The position numbers and the translations under genes were made by a program. The notes beneath the pieces were generated by a model. The model saw only the letters and a program-made list of their open reading frames with translations, ran no database searches and had not been told where the DNA came from. From the NCBI GenBank assembly GCA_977020255.1, contig CDROCS010000646.1:806001-870000 (forward strand): 64,000 nt of DNA. The letters are read 5' to 3'. The DNA comes from Obrimoposthia wandeli (lineage: Eukaryota). The stretch's first letter is position 1; every line of letters starts with the position of its first letter. Below, in pieces: positions 49,400 through 62,323 of the stretch.

Positions 49400-50450
49400 A
49401 ATACAGAAAGATCATCAAACTTTCAACATTTTCCTTCTATTTATGATGTCCAAAGACATTAAAATTCAGTTTAAAGCTTCTGAAAATTACACGCGTTTAA
49501 CATTTGAACATGAACTCCAACATGAGTGATGTATTTTGGATTAAAAATTTGCAGGATAATTTAATTTAAATGTAAAAAGGCGAAAGTTTTATGATATTCT
49601 AAAAAAATCAATTCAAAATGAAGAACCAATCAAAATATGTTGAATCGACGGCCACAAGTATATCAAAATTAAAGTTTCTTGGAGGTGAAGAAAAGTTTAA
49701 AGGTAAGGTAAAACATTTTGCAAATTATTTTAAATTTAAATGAAATCAAAAACTCGGGTGGTCGACTTCAGAAATTTAAAACTAGAAAACCGTATCAATT
49801 GAGAAGATTTTATGGAGAAACGGTAACAAATGAAAAAATTGATACTGAACCTTTTTTATTTTTTCAGGAAACACTTGAAATTCGTGGCAATATTCAGAAT
49901 ATTCAGGATTTAGAGGAAACTGGTATTTTTTATAGGCTAAAACTATCTAAAATTCCTGAAATTCTAAATCCATCTGCAAAACTATAAGGCCAGTTTACAA
50001 GAACTTTAAACACAGCAATTCACTAAAGTTGTGCTCCAATTTTGCTGGTTCACACAAAATTATTTCACTTTTAATAGGTAAAGCAAGTATACCTCGATGT
50101 TTCAAGAATTTCAACGATTCGAAATTAATAAGGTATGAATAGTCAAGGTGAGCTTGGATGACTTCTGATATCTTAAATAATTGGGTATTGGATTGGAAAG
50201 AAAATCTATAAAAGATAAAGAACATAAAATATTAATGTTGTTAGATAATGGTCCAGCTCATAATATTAAAGTTCGTGTCATCAAAAAATAAAACTAAAAT
50301 TCTTCAACCAATAGACAGTGGAATTATCAGAAATTTTAAAGCGTTTTTCAATGAATACAAACTTTCATTCTTACTGGATAAAGTCGAAAGAGAAAAGAAA
50401 ATGTAAAATTCAATAATATTTTCCGGTATTATTTATTTATTTTTATTTCA
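49400..50450 (+). pseudogene. pogo/Tigger-like transposase remnant
   Basis: NSGGRLQKFK.R...RRFYGE (CENP-B-type HTH) and LDNGPAH..KILQPIDSGIIRNFKA (DDE_1). Confidence 0.7.
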
Positions 50451-53043
50451 AGAGAAATTTACAATTGTTTCAAATATTTAAAACAATAGAGTTATTTTTT
50501 TCAACAGGAAGAGCGTGAAGAAGATTATTTTGAATTGAAGAAATATATATTAACGTATTATCGGAAATAATAGAAAAAGAGAAGTAAGGAATTCTTGCTT
50601 ATTTGATAAGAAATAATGGTATTTTTTGTATTATTTATTTATATTACTAACTTCACTAGCCTAGATAAATCTGAAAAATCTGAAATGTGTAGAATAATTA
50701 ATTAAATTTGAAATAATATTAAATATTTAACTACAGTTTTCATTTTATATGTAAATATTCCATTAAAACTTTTAAAAAGGCTAGATATTTCATTGAATTC
50801 TATTAAAAAATAACAAATTCAAAAACATATTTTTTATAAACGAATATTTAGTTTGAAGTTGAACATTTAATTTTTTTATAATTCTTAAATTGGAAAGATT
50901 TTCAATTTCACCATAAATTTGAAAGTCCGAACTTTGACGAAATTGAGAATATTTACTGTAGGTTGAATAAAACGTTGAGCTGAATATAAGAAAACTTTGT
51001 AAAAATTAAAATAATTATTTCAAAATAATTCAAAAGCATTTATATTATTAATTAAAATATTTTTTTATGACATAAATAGTAAAATTATTTATTAATATAC
51101 CTATTTATATAATTGTAAAAATTGATTCTTTCAAAACCTGTTTCGATTGAATTTTGATATTTTAAAAACATTTAAACAAAGTTATTTAGACCGTTTCATT
51201 TTACATTACTTTATTTTTATACATATTTACAGTTTAGAATTATAAAAATTGACATATCATCAATATTTGTCCTTATTTAAAATAGATTAATATTTAGAGG
51301 TGCCTAGTTTTGATTATTCCTTAGTAAGTATAAAGAGACGTATTTTATGAATGGTAAAACATTATTAATTAAAATATGCATTTTTATATGCAAAAATATT
51401 TATATTCAATAAATTATTTGTTATTTTATTTCTTAGTAATATTTGTTTTTTTAACAGCTTTATTTTCATAACTGCATTTATGGTTTGAGTTTTTACTATT
51501 TCAAATGCAGAGAAATTGTTCCGCTAAATTTAGAATTTAAAATGAATTTCATCTATATTTGTTTAATATAGTTTAAACAAAGTTAGTTTCAATTTGTTTG
51601 TTTAGCAATGAATGCGTAGGAAAACCCAGGAAAAATGCTAAGTATAAATTCTAAATATAAACAATATAAAACACAAATTTTAGAAATAAAAAGTAATTTA
51701 TGAAATTTTTATAATTCTTAAAGCAAGAAACATTTTTCACATGTCTGTGCTTTTACCTGAAATTTGTAATGCCTATTTTGGAGTGGGAAAGGAAGGAAGC
51801 TCGATAATTATATTATTGAGTTAGGTATGTAATTATTCGTAACTCAAGTTTTCTAAACTTTTTCGTAATTACACGGTTTATTAAATTGATTTTATTAAAA
51901 GGAAACCGAATAAAATTTTACCAACCGTGTACTCACCAATAGATAATGAAACGTACAAAAATAAGAGCTGTCAAAAATATCGGTTTGAATTACACTGAAA
52001 AAATAAATGTTTCTTGCAACTGCCAAATCAATTAACTTGTTTTAAAGCTTTGAATTAGCAATGTCAATGAATTCTTAACTTTCACAGACGATTTTTTTTT
52101 AAATTTCAAATTGTATTAAAATAAATAGCACATGAATCTACAATTTATAAGAGTTCCTCTAATTTAATTTATTATTTTGTTTTAGCATTTGCTCCTATTT
52201 TTTAATCTGAAATGTAATGAGATATTAGCAAAAATAAAATTTCAATAAGTCTTTCTTTGCATTCTTATTTTAACTATTTCGATTGATTACCGGAATTTAT
52301 TTGATATAAGAGATAAAATTTATTTTCATGTCAAAACTCAGGTTTGGTAATTTTTTAAGGTAATCTTGCAGTTTAATGTATTATAAAAATGTTAACGGTG
52401 TCAAATAAGTTATGTTTTATTCATAGTAATTTCATATATTATAGTAAGTAATTAAATTTAATTGTTCATAATTAATTAATTTCATATTTAAATACTGAAA
52501 AGTAACTTATCTTATTTATTATAGTAAGTAATTAAATGTAATTGTTCATATTTAATTATATGAATCTTTAATTGCAATGAAACATTAATTAAACATGAAG
52601 CACATTAAACATTTTAAATTAATTTTGCCTTTAACTGTATTTTAAATTTAATATATGACAGCAATTGAATACTCTCAACCTCTGAATATTAAAATATTCA
52701 ATTTTAACTAATAAAATATTGTTAAGATATCATTTTTATCTTCCATAACTGCTAAATTTTGTAAAAACTGAATAATTCCAATTGATATCCTTCAATCTGT
52801 ATCATTTTAATATTTTAGATTAAAATATTAAATTGATGACGAATCTGTACTTAATATTAGCAAAAATGAATATATACCATGTTGAGTTTAAACATAAAAT
52901 AAACTTTTTTAAAAGTTCTAATATACATTAAATGTTACGAAAATTATTTTAAACTACAAAATAATTCAAATCTAATTTTTATTAATATTCGTTTTAATTA
53001 TATAAAAAAAGAAGTATAAGTTTTCTACTAATATAACTTATAG

Positions 53044-53335
53044 CAGGGTTCTCAAATTGGGTTCCGCAGACAAAATCAGGGGTTCCGCGAGCCGAAATTT
53101 AATAACAAATAAATGTAAAAAATTGAATTAATGTTACTCACCTCTACCTACCAGGGCATAGGCACTCTATAACTACTTAATAACTACTTCATTAGTTTAA
53201 CTTTAAATTTTTGTGATTTAAATTAGTAATACCTTTTTTTATTCCTTTTTCAATATAAATAAGTTTTATATTTATTCTTCACTTTATGGTTTTAAGTATT
53301 TGTTAAATAATACCAAAGATTTTTGAAAACCCCTG
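53044..53335. mobile_element. hAT (Buster-like) MITE
   Basis: TIRs CAGGGTTCTCAAA / TTTGAAAACCCCTG; flanking 8-mers ACTTATAG and ACATATAT (6/8 match, central TA). Confidence 0.65.
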
Positions 53336-54902
53336 ACATATATATAACTGTAGAATATAATTATTTCAAAATCAGTTTTGCTTAATTTTCTAAAGATTTA
53401 ACAATACTCTGAATTATTATTATAATTGTTTGATATTATAATGTATTTGAAAAGCAAACAATTTGTTTTAAGGTTCAACTAAATCAAACTTTAAAAATTT
53501 ATCTTGGAATTTTAAACAATAGCTTTTTTGTTTCTTTTTGTTTATTTGGAATATATATTAGAAAATGAAAAACTTTATAAATATGGTTTTACATATTATT
53601 ATTTATCTTTCTGTTAAAATAGGGAATGTGATGTAGAAATAACATAAAAATAATTCAAACTTCTTATACAAAGTTTAAAGTCTTAGAATATTTTTTTATC
53701 TTTTATAAAATTTTATATATATATTGAAATATTTCATGAAAATTTGAGCTTGTATCTTTTTTGAGAAAGTTAGTTTTCAAATTATTTTAATAAGATGCTG
53801 AAAAAGGCCTGATATATTTTCCTTGTATTTTCATCCAGATGTTGTCATTTTTCATCAACCTGACATTTTCATGACTTACTGATGTATTTTTACAAATATA
53901 CGTTTTATTGTAATATCTTGAGTTTATTAAATATTAGCTATATACAAAAGAAATTTTTATTCTTTATTAGAGGGACTGCGTGTAATCTTTATTTAAATCC
54001 TGAAGTATATAAAGAGTTCAGAAAGTTTATAACAAACAGTGCAAGTAGGGGGAAGTGGGTCTTCTGGTTCACCCCCCCCCCCTGTGTGCAAGTGAGCCAG
54101 AAGACCCTAGCAACAAGTTGCATGCAATGGCACGTACACACCTGGGACGTGTGAGCACAGCATGGGACGTGTGCGCACAGCATGGCACATGCCACATGTA
54201 TGTATTGTTACCGTGGCAACTACGGCACGTGTCAAGGTCACGTTTTTGTTTTATTAATAAAATTTTTTTGCTCCAAATTTAAAATTTTCTAAATGGCATT
54301 TTTCAAAAAAATTCAAAATTTTCAAAAAAAATTTCAAACATTTTAAAATCAAATTCTTAAAATTTTCAAAATAAAAAAAAATCTTTACAAAATTTTTTAT
54401 AGTTTAAAAATAATATTTTACATATAATTTTTTACAATTTTTTTAATAGTTTAAAAATTTAATTTTACACAGAACTTTTATACTTTAGAATTATAATTTT
54501 ATACAGAATTTTTATACTTTAGAAAAGACAAAGCCAAATTGGATACAAATATCAGCTATCAGTGTCACCAGCAATTATTCGAATGTCGCAATTAAACTGA
54601 CATCTATATTTCTCTAATCGTTGCTGAATAATAGGTCAATTGAATATAGATTTGATGTAAATGTAACCCTGGGCAAACTATTATGTGTGCATGTCTTAAA
54701 AATGGTAGGGTTAAATTATGTCACACTGTATAGAATGCACACTGTTGTTAGGATCAAAAGATATTTTTCTGTAGGTTACCTCATAAAGTTAAAAAACATC
54801 AGTGTATTAAGATGTTCTTTTATTAATTTTAAAATATGTATTTTTAGAATGTTATAAATTATTATAGTTTATAAATGAGAAAACAAATTAGAAAATAAAC
54901 AT

Positions 54903-55289
54903 TTATTTACTAATTCCATCAAGTATTTTCCAAATAGGAGTCAATCCACTAGGTCCGATCTTGTAACCTTGTATCTTCATATTGATATTCTATTGTAATC
55001 CAGTTGGGCATTCAATTAATATTGATTCATCTATATTTCTGAAAATGGCTTCATCTCCTTTAATAAAGAATTTGGGTTCTTGTAGACAATACTCACAATT
55101 AATTTTTGTAAGCATTTTATTTATTCTTTCAACATCAGCTTTAATAATATTGGAAATGAGGTAATTGAATTTCTGTTTTTCCACCGATACTGGATATCTG
55201 AAATTATAATGGATGGGGTTCTTGAGAAAATAAATCTCGTAACCATGAAAAGTATGAACACGTTGATATAAATCGGTTATGGCTTGCAT
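54903..55289 (-). pseudogene. ORF-T homolog with a premature TAG at a conserved Trp position
   Basis: TGLQ*NINMKIQGYKIGPSGLTPIWKILDG versus TGLKWMIVISIQGYKINCTGLHKPIWKITDG in element 1. Confidence 0.78.
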
Positions 55290-55851
55290 TTTTATGAAAA
55301 TTTATGAAATTTCTTATCGTTTATATATAAAATCGATGTAGATATTAACCAATGAGAGTTAAATGGTGTGTTTATAGAACATTATTAATTATTCAAAACA
55401 AATTATTTATAGAATATTCTAGTTAAATAATTATATTATATTTGTTTTATCGCATCAATGAATTAATTATCGAAAAAAAAGTGTTTGTTTAATCGATTTT
55501 ATCAGTAAATCATAAATTCAAATTTAATCATGGAAGAAGAAACAATTCAAAGAAACCGCAACAGAATTCTGGATCTCGAAGACTTATCCTTTGAAGAGAG
55601 TAGGTAGAAGGATGGAGTCTAAGCCACTTGACCCCCCCCTAAAGGGTGTCACACCATAAGGGTGTCTTGCCATACCATAAGGGTATATGTTGCCTCACCT
55701 CCGGTATATCATTCATTTTGATATCATTCACATACATTATACATAATTCCTTTGGAATATATTCTCCATTATTATCAATAAAACATTCTAAATCAATAAA
55801 AGCCATTTGAAATAATAAAATGAAATACTATAATGATATATTTGTTTATAC

Positions 55852-56157
55852 TTAAAATGATTTGTGTTGAAGTTTCAACCATAAAAGACTCAGAGGTCCG
55901 CAGTTTTTAGTTAATGGATTCTGACATTTAACTCGATTATAGTAGACTGGAATATTTTCTTTTTCAAGTGTAGACACCAACTTTGCAGGATAATAGAATC
56001 CAAAAGGATCAAACACTCGAATCTCGAATCTGTCAACGAATATTGCTATCCAATGTTCGCCTGGTAGATTTGAAGTATGAGTATTGATAATGTAACCTCC
56101 GGGTTTTAATGATGGAATTTTATCCAATGAATATACTCCATTAAATTTGTTATTCAA
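55852..56157 (-). CDS. Adenain-like cysteine protease, catalytic triad intact
   Basis: NLPGEHW, FDPFG and Q....CG. Confidence 0.9.
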   Translation of the reverse strand: MNNKFNGVYSLDKIPSLKPGGYIINTHTSNLPGEHWIAIFVDRFEIRVFDPFGFYYPAKLVSTLEKENIPVYYNRVKCQNPLTKNCGPLSLLWLKLQHKSF

Positions 56158-56230
56158 TAATATTTTTCCGGATTTATGAATTTCTAAAGTACTAATTTAA
56201 ATAAAGAATATAATATACAATAAGCTTACT

Positions 56231-57451
56231 TCATACAATCACAGTTTTATTTTTCGTAATCTGAATTTCGGAATCAAATATTCCGTAAATCTAAACACTT
56301 GTTGGAACGGTCAAAGGAGAATTAAATCTAATTTCAAGTCTTAAATTACCAGTTTTAGGCACTTGAGTAGTGTTTATATCAAAATCTGGTGCTAATAGAA
56401 AAGTGAAAATCGAACTTCCTGATTTAAAATCAGAAAATCTGATACCATTATTCACGTTTTTATCTAAAAATATTCATATTTCGAATAATTGACTGCATAT
56501 ATGCTAATGAAAAATTGTTATTATCTAGATTATAAGTTTCTCGATAATCTGTATTTCTAGCTAATGATATTGTTGAAACATTAAATGTATTGAACGTAGA
56601 AGATTTAACTTTGTATTCCTTACCACCCTGAGGTGTATCTTTGAAAGCAATCAAAATGAACTTGGGTAAACGATAGTCTCCGAATATTTGATCTTTATTA
56701 AGTTCCAAAGAACCCTGAGGAATTGAATATGTTACTAACTGAGTTTTTCTAATTGGGTAAACTGCATTCTGACTTTGCAAACCTAACTGATGTCCAATCA
56801 TTACTGAAGAATCAACTTTTACTCTTCTAACATACAATCTAGCATCTAGAATTTGAATAATTGGTTTTGAAGTTTCTGAATAGAGCGAAAAATTATGCTG
56901 ATTTCTCATAAATCTCAAATGAACATTAATCCCTGGAATCAAATATTTTGGTTGATCAAAGAAATCTAATCTAATTGAATTACACAATGAAAATATTTTA
57001 GATTCACTAATCCATTGTTTACGATTTTCTGCATCATCATCATACCCGGAACATTCAAGGTTAGTATACTTGGTATCACTACTAAAATTCAAAAGAGTAT
57101 CGAATATAGCCTTATGAGTATACGTTCCATTTCCTCCTTCAACCTTTACATTATTAAGTGTTAGAATAACATCTCTAAACAAAGTTTGAAACATGTAATT
57201 CTCTGGAGTTACATCGCTATCTTCATTAAATCAGTACCATCTTCATTTACAACTTTTAATTTAATATTTAACAAAGTATCATTCAAATCCAGATAATCTT
57301 CTTCAGATGCATGAATATTAAATTCTATGTCATTTAAATTTTTTCCAGTAATTGAATTGATTGGAAATATTTCTTCAAAACTTGAATTTTCAATCACTAC
57401 TTGAGGTAGTGGTCTATCGAAAATACACAATTCAGATTTTATACTAGTCAT
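56231..57451 (-). pseudogene. Major capsid protein, frameshifted near 57200 and 56460
   Basis: KSELCIFDRPLPQVV and YLIPGINV; homologous to 5682-6905 across three frames. Confidence 0.88.
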
Positions 57452-57847
57452 TTTGGAAAATAGTACCTTTAAGACGTTTGTTTATACTATTTAAATTATT
57501 TCTTTTACGTTTAAGACCCTTTCCATTTTGTTCAACACAATTTGCGACTTTATTTAAACTCTCAACAGCATTATTTTTTAATTTTGGAATCAAAGTTTTG
57601 ACTTCTTTGATTGTATTTTCTTTGAGAGATGAAATTATGTTTTTGGATTTGTTAACGCAGTTCCTACCGTTTCACCAATTACATTGGCAGCACTTGTAGC
57701 TGCTGATAAACCAACTTTTTTAATAAATGGAATAGCTAATCTAGAAATAGTTTGATACCAACCAGATCCATATTGTTTACCAATGAAATAGGGAAGTTCA
57801 CCGCCCTGTTGACTTTTGCTATAAAATTTTATAATTGATGTATTCAT
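57452..57847 (-). pseudogene. Core/cement-like protein, frameshifted
   Basis: QQGGELPYFIGKQYGSGW; paralog of 6908-7330. Confidence 0.7.
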
Positions 57848-57886
57848 TTTATATATATATTTATATTTTAAATATATTTATATTGT

Positions 57887-58900
57887 TTATACTTTACGTA
57901 AATGAAGAGTTAAACTAGTTTTTGCTCCATATGAAAATGGAATTAAATTACCAGAATCATCACGTATATTTACCTCGATTCTATTAATACTTGAATCTCT
58001 CATTTTCAAGTACATTGGATTATCAATTTTAACATTTACTACATCTCCATATCGATATTTTAATGATTTTAACCAAATAGACTTTAACAGTGGAACATAA
58101 TCAGATCCTACTAAGACAGAATCTGTTAAACTAGTATAAATATACATTTGATTATATGAGCTAGAAAGTGTTGGTTTTTGAAAACCTTTAATTCGTTTCT
58201 CAAAGAAAACATTATTAAAACCTAATAAAGATGCAAGTTTTTCGTCAAATAAAACTGATTTTACATTTTTCTTTAATAAAATATCAAATAATCCGTCTGA
58301 ATCTATATTACAGCTTTTAAAAATGTCATTACATTTACTGGCTATAATATTACATAATGAAGAACTATCTTGTATCAAATAATTTTGATTAAATTTTATT
58401 TCGTATTCATATTCAGCTAAATAATAAATTGTAATTCTCATTTTAGCATGAATATTTTTATTTATGTCAACAATTTCATCACTTGTTATAACATGACTAG
58501 AAATTTTTGTATTTCATTAAAACCTATAATTTTTGATTCTTCTAAAGTTTCGAATTTTAACAACATTCGATGAATACTGTTAATTGTACTTATTTCTAAT
58601 TTTTGATCCTTTGTAATTTTGAAATTGAAAACAGTATTTAAATTATTAAAAATTAATCCATTTAAAATTGCAAAAGATACATCGAAAGTTTTCATTTCTA
58701 TCTTTTTCCGTTTTATAAAGTATTTTTGAATTAGTTTGTATTGTTAAAGGAGTATAATTAAATACAAATTCAGTCAAGGCAACCTCCCATTCACCATCTA
58801 AATTTAGAGAGTTTTCCCAATCTACAGTAAATTGATTGGCTGTATTGTTAGGTTGAGTACTTGGACAACTATTACTAGGTAAAATAATATATTTTGACAT
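57887..58900 (-). pseudogene. Minor capsid protein split over several ORFs
   Basis: YIILPSNS N-terminus; MYIYTSLTDSVLVG...PLLK...IEVNIRDDSG C-terminus. Confidence 0.78.
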
Positions 58901-59930
58901 TATTCAATTTGAGAAGCAAATATCCAAGAAGGTTCAGAGTATCCGTGCCACTTTACGTAATATTGTTTATTCTTACCACGACCTTTAGTTTCTAAAATTT
59001 CTTGTATTCGATATAGTTTAGGTTTATCAATTAATTGTAACTCTTGTTTAAAAAATTTTCCTTTGATGATGACGTTATCAATATCTTTTAAAATATACAT
59101 TATTGGATTTTGTTTATAATTAATATCATGAATTTGAAAAACCTCATCACTCCAATTTTGATTAAAATTTTTAATAAATGGACTTGTACTTATTTTTGAT
59201 ATTCGAACATAATCATCAATTTTATATTTAGATTTAACTTTCTTTTCTTTTAGATTTTGTTTCAACAAAATATCAAATTCATTTTTATTATTTATATCTA
59301 CAGGTTTTAAACCATCTAAACCTCTATGTTTAGAATTATTATAAGCATAAATAATTTTTGGTAATACATTCACCCATTTCTTATTACCTTGTTTAGTAAA
59401 ATATTTCTTTAACCGTTCTCTTAACGTTCTATTAAATCTTTCAACTACTGCAGCTTTATATTGAGAATATACTGAATAATGATTGATATTTTCAGTTTTA
59501 AATAATTTCTTAACATGTGAATTACAAAATTCTTTACCTTCATCGGTTTGGATATTTACTGGTACATCATCAACAATTAAAGATTCTATTGCATGTAATA
59601 AATCAATACCTTATTTTGATTTAACACCAACTGCCCTTGCAAAACGACTAAATACATCAATACAAGTTAAAATATACTTGAATCCATTATTTACTGAAGA
59701 ATAAGGAATCATTTCCATTAAATCCATCTGCCATAACGAATTAATACCATTAGTTTTATATGATCTAGTAGGGAATTTACGTCTTAAAGGTTTATTCAGA
59801 CTATATGATAATTCATTTCTTAACCATTTTTGTGTGTTTGTTTTTGATTGTTTGACTCTTTTTCAATTTTTCTAACCCTGTATAACCGTCTGGATCTTCT
59901 GGATTGTTCCAAATCTTTTCCATTGCAGCA
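58900..59930 (-). pseudogene. int: Integrase with chromodomain; premature stop near 59620 and a 5' frameshift
   Basis: Manual translation gives WQMDLM, QTDEGKEF, VERFNRTL and YYVKWHGYSEPSW. Confidence 0.88.
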
Positions 59931-60084
59931 TGAAGAATTAAAATTTATAAATAAGTTAGACAACTTTGTATTGTTTATCCCCATTATTATAAAAGTTAAA
60001 TATATTTTTAATCTGTTTATATGTTTGTATAAAACGAAAGAATGTAATTATTTAATATTATTATAATTTTCGTTATTAAGACAA

Positions 60085-60400
60085 CTATCCCCATCTTGAA
60101 GATATAACACTAGCTATTACTGATGCTATAGCGGGCAGTAGGGCCAATATGAATCCGCCATTTTGATTATAAATAATGTTTCTTTTATTAATTTTACCAC
60201 GTGAATTTGCTAAATTTATTAATGAATTTTTATATTTTAAAATATTATCATCAGGTTTAATTTTACCATAAATTATTTTATTTAAAATTTTATTAAATCA
60301 TCAACTACATAAATTGGAAATGATTTCAACATTTTCATTTTATTCGTTTTTGGTACGTCAATTAAGGTTTTAAAATAAGGTAAACTTTTGAAAATTCAAT
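60085..60400 (-). pseudogene. Homolog of 9565-9894, frameshifted
   Basis: LPYFKTLI...LKSFPIYVVDDL and QNGGFILALLPAIAS. Confidence 0.65.
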
Positions 60401-60495
60401 ATTATTACGATCATATAATACAGTATTTATTAATTTTTAACTTCATCTTTATCTGTCCTTTTACTATGTTTAAGAATACTCTTTTAAAATTCATT

Positions 60496-61143
60496 TTATT
60501 TTAAAACATTATTATTATTTATTTGTTTATAGACTGTAATACCATTACGGTTAAATATATCAGTAACAATTCTTAAATCATCAGGACATGATTGAGTAAA
60601 ATTTAAAAATAAATAACCATGAGGTAAAGATGTAGCATCATGAAACGCATCAATTAAATAACTCTTGTTATGAGGAAATGCTTGACGAGCAATAAAATCT
60701 ATCACTGTTTGATCTCTAGGATTTTGAATAAAATCAAATAATGTACATTAAGATTACGAGTACGATGATTTCCTCCTTGATGAAATAAATTTTGGGTTAT
60801 AAAAATTACAGTAACTTCTCTATGTCTTGCAATTTTTGTAAATAAATCATTAAAATCAGATTCTTTGTTAGCCTCTTGATATAAGTCATCAATAACAATT
60901 ACATCACCTTTTACGAGTCTTGTCGTCCAATTTTCATCAAAACCGTTAATAATCTTAATGTTTTTTATTTTATTAAATTCTTGGTTTGTTAAACCAGCTT
61001 CTCCGTCACCACCTTGATGCCAATATATTTTATTAAATTTATTTTTAAACATTTTTGAATTTAATAATTTACAAACAAATAAAGTTTTTCCACTACCACT
61101 TGGTCCTACTACTTGAAAAAGTCGAATTGTTTGTTAATAACAT
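60496..61143 (-). pseudogene. A32-like packaging ATPase, two frameshifts
   Basis: Walker A GPSGSGKT, Walker B VIVIDD, RHREVTVIFITQNLF and HGYLFLNF. Confidence 0.9.
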
Positions 61144-61224
61144 TATATATAAATATTAATATAAAATAAATATATCAGAATAAGTACATGTTTATAACAA
61201 TAACAACATTTTATTAAATATTTA

Positions 61225-61323
61225 TTAAACATCAAAATATTCGGTCGTTGTATGAATCCTCCAGATGAGAGTTGTTTCATTCTGTTTATTTATTTTATAT
61301 CCGAGAATTTGTATTTCGAGCAT
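61225..61323 (-). CDS. 32-aa mini-ORF resembling the C-terminal motif of ORF-T
   Basis: MLEIQILGYKINKQNETTLIWRI; the ATG directly follows the TBP stop codon. Confidence 0.4.
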   Translation of the reverse strand: MLEIQILGYKINKQNETTLIWRIHTTTEYFDV

Positions 61324-61764
61324 TCAACTTTTTTTTTTAATGTATGTCATGATATCGTTAACTTGATCTTGAAAATCTAAATTTCTAAGACCTAAAATTA
61401 CGACCTTTCCAGATGTGAAAATATTTACACACAATGGATTGAAAATATTTAATCTTAAGCCTGGGAAAACCTCAGGGTCAAATGAACATGTATTACGTAA
61501 CACATTCCATAATTTAAATAGATTGATACTTTGATCTAAATTTTCACATATCGTAATTGATTGAATACCAAGTATATTTATTCTTAAAGGGTAAGAAATA
61601 TTTTTAATAGGTACCTTACATCCCATAATCCTGCATTTCTTATTTCTAAAAATAAGTATTGTATAATCTTTGGCTTTATAAACGTATTGTTCTGGTCGTG
61701 TTCGAAATTTTAATTTGGATACATCATCTAAGCAAATTCCTTTATAATTAATATTTGTTAACAT
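61324..61764 (-). CDS. TBP: Minimal TBP homologue, intronless, open 146 aa
   Basis: TNINYKG, LIFRNKKCRIMG, IQSITI..NL and FDPEVFPGL..NIFTSGKVVILG. Confidence 0.9.
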   Translation of the reverse strand: MLTNINYKGICLDDVSKLKFRTRPEQYVYKAKDYTILIFRNKKCRIMGCKVPIKNISYPLRINILGIQSITICENLDQSINLFKLWNVLRNTCSFDPEVFPGLRLNIFNPLCVNIFTSGKVVILGLRNLDFQDQVNDIMTYIKKKS

Positions 61765-61864
61765 TGTAAGTAAAATAATTAAATTATTGTATTTATATAT
61801 TTTTTTTATTCAGTCTACAAATCAATCAATATCTCAAGTCCAATCAAATCAATCATATCATCAG

Positions 61865-62320
61865 ATGAGTATATGCAAAACTTATTCAAATTTTTGTTGT
61901 TCGGATACACATTTTAATCCTCAAGAATGTCATGATATAATGAAAAAATATTATGGTTATTCATACAAAAGGATAAATTATTTCATATGTCCACAATGTT
62001 TAAGCACTGAAAATGTTGATTACAACTTATTTTATAGTCGACATGTTAGTCATTTAAGAGAATATGAAAATGATAGTAAGAAAAAATTATTTAAAGTACC
62101 GGCTTTAAGCAAAAGAACTGATATAATTAATGTACCATCAAACATAGTAATTTCAGCTCCTACAATTACGTCACGAAAACGTAAAATAAATGATAATATA
62201 CATACTAAAACATCATTAGAAAATAGTTATTCAATGATATCCATGAAAGTAGATCATCTCAATCTTGTAAGTCTTAAGGTTCCAGTTTCATTATTAAACG
62301 AACTAGAAAGAATAGTGTAA
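61865..62320 (+). CDS. Cys/His-rich protein in the same frame as the downstream PolB
   Basis: ECH...YFICPQC...DY..FY..H..HL, shared with the N-terminus of 2934-3836. Confidence 0.65.
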   Translation: MSICKTYSNFCCSDTHFNPQECHDIMKKYYGYSYKRINYFICPQCLSTENVDYNLFYSRHVSHLREYENDSKKKLFKVPALSKRTDIINVPSNIVISAPTITSRKRKINDNIHTKTSLENSYSMISMKVDHLNLVSLKVPVSLLNELERIV

Positions 62321-62323
62321 TTA

